Shown in pieces: positions 12,801 to 24,696 of a stretch of 64,000 nucleotides of DNA; positions within the stretch are counted from its first letter, which is position 1, and every line of letters begins with the position of its first letter. Under the pieces are notes generated by a model. It had not been told where the DNA came from, searched no databases, and was given only the letters and a program-made list of their open reading frames with translations. This DNA comes from Octopus vulgaris (taxonomy: Eukaryota). The stretch lies in contig OX597814.1 of NCBI GenBank assembly GCA_951406725.2, forward strand, positions 186,496,001-186,560,000, written 5' to 3'. The translations under genes were made by a program, and so were the position numbers.

Positions 12801-13223
12801 CTGAATGATAGCCTTTTGAATGAGACTATTGTATTGGATCCACATCAAAGCACTATTGATTTGGTGCAAAAATTTAATGTGTCATATTCCACAAATATCT
12901 CAAGCAAATTGGGAAGGCATGCAAATTTGGGTTCCACATGAGCTTACGCTGAAGAACCAAAAACAACATTCCATCATCTGCAGCAGTTTTCTAACCAGGA
13001 ATAACAACCTGAAAGGAAATTGAAAACAGTCTTACAGACTTTTTTTCAGAAAAGGAAATAAGTTTCTTTGAATGTGGCATAAAAAAGTTACTTTTCCATT
13101 GGGTTGCAGTCATTGGAAACTATGGTGATTACATTTTTGATTAAAACTATTCAGACAAACGAAGTTTAAGTTTGTTTTTATATCCTTTCTGTAAAAGGCA
13201 ATTACTTTCCAAACTCCCTAATA
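12801..13223 (+). mobile_element. Mariner transposon remnant (internally deleted transposase and right TIR)
   Basis: WVPHELT motif in ORF 12820..13023. C-terminal GIKKL..W..VI...GDYIFD. End gcaattactttccaaactccctaata resembles mariner TIRs. Confidence 0.8.
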
Positions 13224-13254
13224 CACACACACACACACACACTATATGATTGTG

Positions 13255-13586
13255 TGTGAAGGTGCATGTTTCAGTGGTTAGAGCATCGGACTCTTAATCA
13301 TGAGGTAGTGAGTTCAATTCTCAGACCAGACTGTGTGTTGTATTCTCGAGCAAGACATTTTTTTTCATGAATCTCCATCTTACACAGTTGTATAAATGAG
13401 TTGCGATGTCACTGGTGCCAAGTTGTATCAGCCTTTGCCTTTCCCTTGGATAACATTGGTGGCATGGACAGAGGAGGCTGGTATGCATGGGCGACTGCTG
13501 GTCTTCCATAAACAATCTTGGCTGCAAGAGAACCTTCTAGGAGAAATCCTATGGTCATTCATAACTGAAGGGGGTCTTTACCCTTT
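13255..13586 (+). mobile_element. tRNA-derived SINE, family F
   Basis: Collinear with the reverse complement of 35439-35781, with A/B boxes. Confidence 0.85.
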
Positions 13587-13621
13587 CATGACTGTGTGAG
13601 TAAGAAATTCACTTTATAAGA

Positions 13622-14015
13622 ATCATCATCATCATCATTTAACGTCCGCTTTCCATGCTAGCATGGGTTGGACGATTTGACAGAGGACTGGCGAACCAGA
13701 TGGCTGCACCAGGCTCCAATCTGATCTGGCAGAGTTTCTACAGATGGATGCCCTTCATAACACCAACCACTCCGAGAGTGTAGTGGCTGCTTTTACGTGC
13801 CACTGGCATGAGAGCCAGTCAGGCAGTACTAGCAACGGCCACACTCAAATGGTGTTTTTTATGTGCCACCTGCACAGGAGCCAGTCCAGCGGCACTGGCA
13901 ACGACCTTGCTTGAATGTTTTTTTACAAATGCCAGTAAGGCGATGCTGGTAACAATCACGCTCAAATGGTGCTTTTTACATGCCACCAGCACAGAAGCCA
14001 GTCCACTGCTTTGGC
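13622..14015 (-). mobile_element. Family B RTE 3' UTR copy with internal ~65-bp repeats
   Basis: (CAT)n tail at left, family B core, repeated ggtg(c/t)tttt(t)a(c/t)(g/a)tgccac. Confidence 0.85.
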
Positions 14016-14019
14016 AACA

Positions 14020-14093
14020 ATTTATCCCCAGGCCAACCAATGTTCTTTGAATGAATTTAGTAAATGGAAACTGTGCACAATCATGTTGTATAA

Positions 14094-14134
<41 letters not shown>

Positions 14135-14245
14135 ACTTTGTCACCACTCAACAACTGGTGTTGGTTTGTTTATGTCTTCATTACTTAGTGGTTCATCAAA
14201 AAAATGCAGGATAAGTACTGGACCTAAAATAAGTTTTGGAGTCAG
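14020..14245 (+). mobile_element. Diverged SINE family A, 3' portion
   Basis: ccaggccaaccaatg...ggaaactg...(GT)n...ttacttagtggttca...ataagtactgg. Confidence 0.6.
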
Positions 14246-14454
14246 TTGACCACAGTGAAAGAGTATAAAGGCCTAAAATAATAGCAGTGGATATTGCTGA
14301 TTAAATCAGCTGGTATTTATTTTAACAACCTCAGAATTATGGAAGGCAAACCTGACCTTAGTGTAATTTGAACTATGAATACACAACTAAATACCGTCAC
14401 TCACCTGACCCAGCCAATCCACTCTCATCATCAACAAGTAGACTTGTTTCTTAG

Positions 14455-15000
14455 AAATTTTCCCTGTTACTCTTGACCAGTGGATTCCAGCCAGGGTACT
14501 ATGACACACTTATGTTCATCCATCAGAGTGTCAAAGAATGTCTAGTAATCCTTAAGGATGACTGGTGACTGGTGCAATGACTTAGTTTAAAAAGAAGGGG
14601 TGTGCACCATCAACTTCACCCATTCATAGCTATCCTTAATCCAGGGGTAAGACCAGGTCAAGATGACTGCAGATGGAGGCAGATGCAGTGGATGACCTAA
14701 ATGCCTAACTTGCCTCATCTTGTCCTCTGCACTCTACAAAGCATTTCTGCAACCAGCTCTCCATTAAATGAGTCATGAATATTTCTTCTGCTGAGTCTGC
14801 TAGAGTCAGTCTTCACATGCATAGGTAGGCAAGCCCTAATATGCAAATTAACCCTTAGCTAGGACCCTGACAGGTGCTACTACTCCAGGTCAGAGTAGGC
14901 CTGGGAATAATAGTAGCTAAGAGGTGATTCCACACCTTCAAAACCAAGGTCCCACAAGTCCCACAACCAAATGCAGTTTAAAGTCATACCCAAGACACAG
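14455..15000. mobile_element. Old RTE-related/SINE-like repeats; 14870-15000 is related to 55270-55402
   Basis: Shared block ctaaga(g/a)gtg(a/g)ttccacac...cca(a/g)atgca(g/a)tttaaagtcataccca. The minus-strand GGTCATCCACTGCATC motif resembles RTE 5' UTRs (recalled, not verified). Confidence 0.45.
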
Positions 15001-15083
15001 TGGGGTTAAAAATAGTAAAGGGTGTCGCAAATTTTAAAATTTAAATAACAATTGACAATTTTTGATGTCCATATTCCAAACTG

Positions 15084-15151
15084 AAGCTTATAATTTTCTG
15101 TCAGAGTAAAACAGAGAAAGCTTATAATTTTCTGTCAGAGTAAAACAGAGA
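15084..15151. repeat. Perfect 34-bp tandem duplication
   Basis: aagcttataattttctgtcagagtaaaacagaga x2. Confidence 0.95.
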
Positions 15152-15879
15152 AATAAGGTGACGAGATGCCAGAGACATTAGTCACCATTACAAGAGATAC
15201 TATTACAGTGAATACTTTATTAAAACTAATTAAAAATAACATCACTCACTTGATGGTCTTTTATCTAGTTTCTCTAATGAATGAATGCATGCATATATGT
15301 ATGTATGTGATTTATAAAATGTTAAGATCCACTAATCATGAAATACCCTTCTTCTGATCTAAAAGAGAAATATTAGTATTTAATATGCAGCTTTGACAAT
15401 ATTGTATATGTGGGGTTTCCACTGAGAAATAAACAGTTTGTGAAGCTTATTACGCATAGTGAATTTCAGAGTTGTATTTGTATGTCTCACTGTCTATATT
15501 TAAGTTCAAAATGCAATAAATATCATTCATAATTTTGTTATACACAAATCTGAATAATTAAGGTGAAAAAATTGTTTTCAATATTTTTCCTAAATTTTAT
15601 AACTTTAAAACTTTCCTTGTGGAGTACAATATTTAGTTAAAATATATTGAGATCATCATCATCATCATTTAGCGTCCGTTTTCCGTGCTAGCACGGGTTC
15701 ACTGAATAAAAACAGAAAAAAACCCAAATAACTGCTAATAGTGTTCCAAAGTCCCCATCACAAAGGTGACAGAGAAAGAATTTATTTACTCTGCACATAA
15801 AGAGAGTGAGATTTGATATGAATACACGACCAAATAACATTTGTAGGACAAGAAAAATACTCAGAAGCAAGAAAAGGAA

Positions 15880-16310
15880 AGCTCATTAGTGTAATAAGAG
15901 AACATGAAGGAAATCAAGCATAAAAAAAAAATTCTCTCTCTTTATATGGAATTAATGAAGAGCAAACAGGAAACTAACTACACTGAAGAATCAACATAAA
16001 AGGCTACTAAAAACAACAGATAGAATATAAATTGAATTCCTAAATATACAGAAGAAAAATTGGAGAGAAAAACCCTCCATGGTCAATGTACTTCAAGAGT
16101 CACCAAAAAAAAATTAATAAATAACCTGAGTGTAATGCTTACAATAAAAGTTATGGGATAAAAACAGAAAAATAAGGTCTAAATTCAGCTGTACAAGACT
16201 AATACCTAGTCACAAGCAACAATAAAAATAGTGAAAAATGATACCAAAAACAAGACTATGGGACAATGAGATAGTTGACCACATGATCTCTGGTTGCTCA
16301 TCCTTACCAA
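15880..16310 (+). mobile_element. Decayed R4/Dong-like (RLE) LINE fragment
   Basis: Disrupted translation shows K(T/P)LHGQ, AVQD and EIVDHMISGCS (Zn-knuckle region). Confidence 0.5.
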
Positions 16311-17365
16311 GTCTTGCCACTTTCCTCCACCTTTCATAAAACACACTACAAGACCCCACCATCCTCTTCTTTACTCTCACCTTTGCACTTCAAGTGACAT
16401 TTGAATAAGTTGATGAGAGTTTAACTAAAGAGGAAAATGCTTGTCTTCAAACCTCTCAGACAAGTTCACTACACATCTTTCACCGTAGCCACCAAACAGA
16501 GAAACACTACTCATCCTTTCCTGTCAAAGGAAAGTAGCAAACTGATTTTCACTTCAGACTCAGCTGGTAGATGGATTCATCCCATATACCCAATCAGCTG
16601 ATTGGTATAAGCCAACAAAAGGTAAAACATAGACAGTGATTGTGTTCAGAATGGCTTCATTTTCTCTTGTGCAGGTTTGGTTGTTGGCACTTCTGTGGCT
16701 GTAGAGCTTGTCTCCATGTAGCAACTCCATGCCAAGAACTTTTGGAAGCTATCTATAGTCTCTGACTTGAAAGTCCTCCAAAGAACATAGCTCAAATTTT
16801 TTTCAGTAATGCCCAGAATTGTTCCCAGGATATCATCACTCTTAGTCTCCACTAACTCTTCATGAAATATATGAACTGTTTTCCTACCAATGGTACCAGC
16901 CAGCTGATAGTGTATCATATGCATCTGGATGTCAAATGTCCACCTCTAGTCTACATTTGACCTATGATCACAGCTCAGTCAATAGATGACCTATGAGAAG
17001 ACAAATCACATGAAAGGTACTCACACCAGTTCAGTTAGGTTTTTGTCAGTGTCATCACAGTGGTTGAACTATTTCTGCAAATATATTTGCCTCAGTTCAT
17101 GCCGACGCATTATCAGCAGCAGCATCCCAAGACTGTCACACATTGTAGGCAGCAGATGGATTTCCTGATAAATGAAATTGTCTCTTTTATAGGAAATGAA
17201 AATGAAAACAATCCAGTCTCATTGTACGTTTCTTGGAACAAAATACAAAGGTTAGGTGATTGTACACCCCTAAGGTATTGTAAGCATTAGACATTCCTGC
17301 CTGACTTTCCAAGGACATCTCTCAACCTATTTCTGAATAACACTGACCACCTCTTCTCGGTTTCT

Positions 17366-17597
17366 TATTTCTTTGCTGTCCACAAGGGGCTAAACATAGA
17401 GGGGACAAACAAGGACAGACAAACGGATTAAGTTGATTACATCGACCCCAGTGCGTAACTGGTACTTAGTTTATCGACCCCGAAAGGATGAAAGGCAAAG
17501 TCAACCTTGGCGGAATTTGAACACAGAATGTAACGGCAGACGAAATATGGCTATGCATTTCACCCGGCGTGCTAATGTTTCTGCCAGCTCACCGCCT
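17366..17597 (-). mobile_element. tRNA-derived SINE, family C
   Basis: Head GGCGGTGAGCTGGCAGAAAC..GTTCAAATTCC. Approximate TSD tt(c/t)tcggtttct. Near-identical to 49721-49953. Confidence 0.9.
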
Positions 17598-17970
17598 TTT
17601 CGGTTTCTATTTGCTGAAAGATCTGCTTCAGACCAGACCTGAGTACATTAACCAGGCCTGTAGTCCAGTGATTGTAATTACCTCTGGCTAGCAAGGATTT
17701 GCCTCTCCAGGTACTTTGTTACAAGCTCATTGACTTGTCCTAACTATGTGCTCCTGTACACTCTCGATATAGTATGATGTCAAACACCTTTATATTCAGA
17801 ATGTCTGACACCACGATAGTGGCTTCTTTTGTGTATGTAGACATGAAAAACTAAGTATTCAATGATAAATAGTATTGAGAACTGATTGCTTAGTTTGACC
17901 ACCAAACAGATGCTGCTTGGATGCGTTTAGCTTCTAGCAACTGGATCCCTGTCTATTGTTCTAATTCATT

Positions 17971-18096
17971 TGCACAAGTTATAAATTTGTGGTCTAGGTA
18001 ACCAACTAGCCAAAACTATATACTGTTTCTAACTTGACTGTACAAGTTCATAACTTGTGGTCTGTGTATCCAACTAGCCAAGACTATAGCCAACTT
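17971..18096. repeat. Diverged ~68-bp tandem duplication
   Basis: tg(c/t)acaagtt..ttgtggtct..gta(a/t)ccaactagccaa(a/g)actata x2. Confidence 0.75.
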
Positions 18097-20064
18097 ACAC
18101 TAAACCTAACCTGATGAAAACTCTATTTAAATGCAACCTGGAAGACTTGTGATTTCTCCAAGTCTATGATAGTACATTTGGAAAAGCAAGGTAAAAACTG
18201 TCCAACAGTTGGAAGTGCCTAACAATGTTTGTGAGGCCTTTTCACTTTTCTCTTCTTTTTGGTACTCCATTACAATCACTGCATGCAACTGAAATGCCAT
18301 TCCAATCAAGTACTAACATTAATGTGCAAGACATTTCTAGATGTCTAAAGAAAGCAGTCCTTCTTTCTCCAGTTGACACATAAAAAAACCATTAGTCTGG
18401 TTGCACCACAATTGTTACTCACATCCAAAGGCACTGATTCACTATGTGGGTCTAGGAAGACTATGTATTCCTCTAGGTCTAGGCCTTTTTGGAACAACAT
18501 TGCCATGTCACTTGAACTGAGCCAACTGAAAGTGGCATGTACCATGTAGTCACACAGAAAAGAGAACGATTTTTTTTTAGTAAACCCTGGTCTTGTTAAT
18601 GGCTATCATTTCCAGACGTATCAACCAGAAGTCAATTGAGCTGGTGTCCCTGCTTTTGCTCTGATTCTAGGGTGTATACATTTATATTGTCTATTTTTGT
18701 AGTGTAGCTATTTAAGCAAGAGACCAAGGAGATGGTTACTTACTTTGGCCTTCTTTTTGAGGCCTTATTAAGTGACCTCCAGAATCCTAAAACATTCTGA
18801 AGGAAGCAATACATTGCTGATGTGGCCCTAACCAGAAGTCTCCTTTGTTAGGATTTTTGAGAGTTACTTTCTTGAGGCTTACACCTGAAGTCAAAACTTT
18901 GTTTTTGTTGGAACTTACATAATATTTTCAGAGAACTGTGTTTTGGAATCAGACCACTGGATTTGTCTGTCCAACCTATCTTCCTTTTTTTTTTTGTGGC
19001 CTTTCTGCAAGCCATTTGGATGTTTTTGTGTTATTTTTGGCCTGCTTCTCTTGGTCTTGGTTGTTGTAGCCTGGGTGTTGGTAGTAGTGATGGGAAGAGC
19101 TGCTCTACGTCTGGTTTCTCTCCTCTGGAGTAGAAAGCTTTGAGGTGATTCATTTGTAGTATAGGTAGCATTTTGGGTTTCTTCTTTCCATTACCATTTA
19201 GACTCTTCAAACTGAAAGTTATTTGGGATGCTAGTCAGGTCCTCAGGTGTGGTCAACACTTGGAACCACAGCAACATGCCTGTTTTCTTCTGTTGGGGAG
19301 TATCTCTGAGTCCTTTTACTTCTCCATCATTTTCCCCATTCTAGCTTGGTTCGTCTCCATCCTTACCTTTTCTCCAAAGCAGAACTCAAAGAGTCAATGA
19401 AAGCTTGACTCAGAAAGAACTATGCATCCTCAGTCTTTTCAATCAGGCTCACCATACTAACTCACCATATAACTATCAGACAGAGGAAAACTGTCAGCCC
19501 TTTTGACTCAAAGAAAAATGGTCCATTGATGACTCAATTTTTGAAAATCTGCCTTTTCAAATATTGTAGGATAATAACAAAATCTTTGGGGTGAGCAAGT
19601 AGTAGTGATCATGCTTCTGGCCTCCTCCCTGTTGCAGATGGCAGCAAATAGCTCATGTTGCTTAACTTTTATAATGTATCCTATTGTGCACCACACTTCC
19701 TGTAGGAATTTTCCACTTGTGCTGGGCTTTTGCTCTTTCCTATTTATATACCCATAAATAATTGCTTTTTCCCGGATGCTGTTTTCTTCCTCAGCTGCAG
19801 GTTTCTTGACTCCAGAATAAGTTGTTCTCTTCACACAACCTTTTACACTAGAGACAGTAGGCATAGTCAAAGAAAGTTGGTTTGGGTTGATCTTCACAAG
19901 TGACGTGGTAAATAACTGAATTTGTCCTACATACAGAAATCAGCAATCCTCAGATACTGAATGAGTGTGAATAAAATGCTTTCAGAACCCTTCATGCATC
20001 TTTAACAGGTTCAGCTAATGGCACTTCTGCATTTACAGAGTTCGCCATGAACCAGCAAATCCAA

Positions 20065-20270
20065 ATTGAAAGATCTAGAAACAGAGACAACCAGAATGTG
20101 GTGACCTAAACTAGAAATAATCCCTATAATAATTGGTGCAGTGGGAGTTATTAAAGACATGCATCAAATAAAAACACGACCAAAACTGCAAGACTTACAA
20201 ATATGCACAGCAGACAAAAAATAGTACAAGGCATGCAGATAAATTACACAGAGCACTGTTAATTTAAAAC
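20065..20270 (+). mobile_element. R4/Dong-like LINE C-terminal (REL endonuclease) remnant
   Basis: KDLETETTRMW*PKLEIIPIIIGAVGVIK resembles the RLE C-terminal consensus. Confidence 0.6.
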
Positions 20271-22412
20271 AAAATACACATGGACTAAAATATTACACAA
20301 TGAAAGACTACTGAGAAAAAATAATAGAGTAAAAAAAAAACAAGAAAAACAATTTAGAGAAGAAATTATTCTCAAATTTTTAATTCATTAATGGTTGATT
20401 CATTATATGCTTGTTAAAAAAAATGTCATCGCTAATGACAGTTCATGGAACTGTTACAAATTCCGAAGCTCTTGGCCTGTGACCAGGGATTTTTTTTTTT
20501 CTAAAAACCAACAGTAATATCACAAACACAAAATACTCAATTATAGCTGATGATTATTCAATAACCATCTTTGCCTTAGATCAAAGACATTGTCACAACA
20601 GAAGAAAATATAGCAAAATATACAATATAATTATGCAAAGTAAGTTACCCAATAAATGAAATACTTACTCTGGATATACAGAGTAGTAATATCCCATTAA
20701 TTAAGTAACTTTATTCATTTATTTATTGTTAATTGTTTGGTTTTATTACTATTATCATTGTTGTGTTGGTTTTACATTTTTTCCTCTACAAAAAAGAGAT
20801 CAAACAATATTTTGTTTATGATTACATTCTTTACAAAATATAAATAAAATTAAAATGTAAATAAATTAACAATCGATATTATAGTTGCTATTTTTCGTTA
20901 AAGTTCAAATATGAAAATTTGTAGAGTTTACACAAACAATTAAAATATATATTTCGTGTTAGAAAAGGAACAAAACAAAATATTAAAAATGAAAAGAAAA
21001 AAAGGGACTATCACAAAAGATTAAACCTTCTAGGTTTGAACCTCAGGCAGGAGGTTGCAGAAAACCTGCTACTTCCCACAGTTAGTAACTAAGACTAGAT
21101 CTAGATATGTTAAATTTATCTTAGACCTGTAAAATATATTTCATTGTAATAAACAATTTCACAAATCATTAAAACAAAAACAGAAAAAAAACCTATGTAG
21201 GATATATTTTCAAATTAAAAACATTCTGAGAAAAATGGCCACATTTGGAGGGGAAAGGGAGAAAGCAATATAATTTCAAAAATATTTTAATGCATGTTAA
21301 ATGAGAGAAAAACTGATCTAAGCGTAAAAACATCATGCAAAGTCAGACAGACTTTTTTGTTACCATATACATATTTTTGTGCATTACATGTGTATAATGT
21401 CAGTGTTTGTGCGACTCTTTTGTTATTCATGTTTGTGTAATAATATATATTGCAATAATATATATTTCTGCTTGTGTAATAATGTTGTTAACTCTGCTTG
21501 TATAATTGTTATAGTCCCCTGTTTAACTGTGTAAAAGCTATAAAGCTGTCAATGAGTGCAGTGTATAACTTTGCTACAAATCATAATTCTATATAACAAA
21601 TAGGGCTTTCCAATTTCTTCTGTCTAAATATCAACAATAACAATGAATAAAAAAAAAAAAAGGCCTAGGAGAGTTTTTAAACTTGAAAGGAAAATAAAAT
21701 GAGAAAACAGGGAGAGCATGTTATGCTTGTCCCTGCTCCTCTCTCTCGCTTTCTCTTGAATACACACAAATAGTTAATACAAAGAGATTTTGTGCCTTAA
21801 CAAGAAAATAAACACTTTGGTACAGAAGAAATGCAAAATTCAGCCCCAATTCATAAATAACATTTCATTGACTCTCATTTATCAAGTTTCTGTTACGCAG
21901 AAATATATACATATAAGTGGAAATGGATGTGCTAAGTGTGCAAAAAATTACTGTACTGTTTGTGGCTCTTAATAGAACTTAACTGCACAACCCAGTTAAG
22001 TTCTATGCCACCATTATAGAACTATTATTACATTATATGAAGAGCACATCTAGTATGGCAGAAAAACATCAAGCATGAATTTTCTATTTCTTTTATTTCA
22101 TGCATTCCTGTGATGGATAATCAATGATGGTAAATTATAAATGTGATTTATAAAGTGTGTTCAATCTTATTGAATGCACTTTGGAAACAACATTTATAAT
22201 TTGTCATCACCAATTACCAATGTAATAGATGTGAAATAAAAGAAATGACAAATTTATGCTTTAGGTTTTTCTATTATAATATGGTGTATATATGTGTGTA
22301 TGTAACATGTATTTATGTGAAATAAAATATAGTGAATAAATAAAACAATTACCTAATACTTAAAATGAGGGGTGTGTACATGTGTGTGTGGGGGCATGGG
22401 CTTGTGTAATTA

Positions 22413-22447
<35 letters not shown>

Positions 22448-23639
22448 ATATATATATATATGCGTGCGTGTATGTAAAAAATAAACAAAGTCAAGGCGAG
22501 GGGCATCGAAATATAGTTATGCCCAATATAAAAGCCATTTAGAAGACATTTGGGATAATCGAGGGGAAAAAATTTATTAATTAATATCTAATAATGTGAC
22601 GTTTCCTTTTTTTAAAGACATAAATTATTGGTATATTAATATCAGTTATCAATTAACTTACTAAAATCAATAGAAAAGCAATTTTTAACATTACGTTACC
22701 TTTCCTCCTGAATACCTGCCAAGAGCAAAGCTTGTATAAAAAGTTATTACTACTTAAACCGTTGTGAGTATAAGGAATAATATAAAAAAAAAAGAGCTAA
22801 TATCCAAGGTAGATAACTCACAAAAAAGAGCTGATTTAACTCCCTTTAATCACACATTTGAACACTATGGTTAATGTTTGTTTTCTGCGTGTTTATTGGA
22901 CCAACCATTGTAGTCTCTGGTACAAAATTCGAGTAATATTTGTTTTACTAAATTTGATTAATAATTGTTTATGTGATGCTTTGTTGAAAGAATAATAGGT
23001 AAATTACCGAAACATCAGCAGAGATCACTCTCTTACTATCAGGTGCTAAAGGAACAACATCGCGATGAATTCTTCAATGTACATGGTCGGGGAGAGGGAT
23101 TAAGGTTCTTGAAGTTCTATGATGCAAAATGACTTAAACGTTTGTAGAACAAACTCTCAGGAGATAGCCCATCAACCTGATTGCTAACACTTAAATGAAG
23201 GCATAAATCAGATGCACCAAGGAAATAAGATAGACAGACGGTCATAAAGAGCAAGTCTTTTACTGATGAAGAATTACCACTCAATATGGGACAGTGATTT
23301 ATGGTATCAGAGTAAAACAGATCCAGAGACACAAAATAATTTGGAGAAGGAAAATATCGAAACAATACATTCATAGAAGTACATGGTGGTGCATACGTCA
23401 AGAAGATACAAACCTATAACATAATAAAAATAATCAGATTTTCTCAAAGAAAACTTTTTGCAAACCACAGACCAGATCTGGTTCCAGCTAGATGGAAGAT
23501 GATATGGTAGTGGATTGGTATGGTAGGACCATAAAAACCACAAGATAGACTTGGAAGAAAAGGAGAGGAAGGACCAATATGATGTAGGTAGCAAATGATA
23601 TTAGTTGTTAGGTAAACTTAGCAAAAGAAGCAGAAAGTA

Positions 23640-24090
23640 AGAGGTTTCCCAGTGTTCTATGATTTAAAGAATAGAAGTATGAGATGTTCCAGACAACAAA
23701 GTAATGTCAGTGTGTATTAGGATACCATATTGTGTGTCTGGTGGTCACTAAGAATTGATGAATGGCTTGGGAAACCCATGTAAAAAGATACTATTTGCAA
23801 AGTTAGAGTTAGTAATAAGTTCAACAAGGAATTTAGCATTCAGATGGGTGACCATCAGAGCTTGGTTCTCAACCCTATCTTGTTTATTATTGTTCCCAAG
23901 ACAATAACAGACAAGTTAAAGACAGGCAATACATAAGGAACTTCTGTATGCCAATGACTGAGTTCTCATAGCTGAATCTGTCAAAGGATTAGAGAAGAAA
24001 TTCCAAATATGGAAACAAAGCCTAGAATCAAGAAATCTTAAAATAAACTCAGAAAAAACAAAAGTCATAGTTGGCTGGAAGTGTCCATAC
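23640..24090 (+). mobile_element. Decayed RTE LINE reverse transcriptase
   Basis: GDHQSLVLNPILFIIV...ELLYAND*VLIAES..LEKKFQIWKQSLES..LKINSEKTKV (QGSVLSP and YADD regions). Confidence 0.8.
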
Positions 24091-24479
24091 TCAATATATA
24101 GAAAAAGATTAGGTAAGATACCGTATAATCTACCCATTTAAACTATGAGTGGACAAGAGATGCTGTAGGGTCTGTAGGATAACAGACAGGGCATCCAGCC
24201 ATAAAACATTGTCCCAGTAAAACCACACAACTCATGCCAGCATGGAAAAGTAGACTTGCATTTATGATGATTATAATAAAATATGAGCAGAGAGTGTAAA
24301 AAAAATGAATGAAGGCTGCCAAAAAGGGAAAAAAATGAGGTGAATACACTCCATTAAATGTGTAATGTTAGTGTATATGAAAGATGAAGCACAAATAAGC
24401 TTAGAACAAAAAAAAAATAAGAAAAAAAACATGGTACAAGAAGAATTAGATTTAGTGTACCAGACAGAAAACTGATTCA

Positions 24480-24696
24480 GGGAGGACATGATACACTTGC
24501 ATAAAGAAGTGTCAAGTGAAATGAACCTGTGGAAAAGGAAGACCAAGGAAGACACATGAAGTAGTAGTGAAGGTCAATCTTAGGAGACTGAACCTCATAA
24601 ATGAGATGACGAAAGTGGAGAGATACTATGTTGGAGAAGACCCATACAATCTATTAAGCATGCAAAATGAGATGAAAAATGATGATGATGATGATG
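24480..24696 (+). mobile_element. RTE LINE ORF C-terminus with (GAT)n tail
   Basis: GKGRPRKT..VV..NLRRLNL..EMT, followed by aagcatgcaaaa..(gat)n. Confidence 0.65.

Noticed and set aside
19508-19897. 129-aa minus-strand ORF
   Set aside because: Non-ATG start, no recognisable domain, and it lies in a block that looks like decayed TE.
21790-21972. ORF ending CAKCAKNYCTVCGS (zinc-finger-like)
   Set aside because: Short, non-ATG start, no supporting exons; likely chance in UTR-like DNA.
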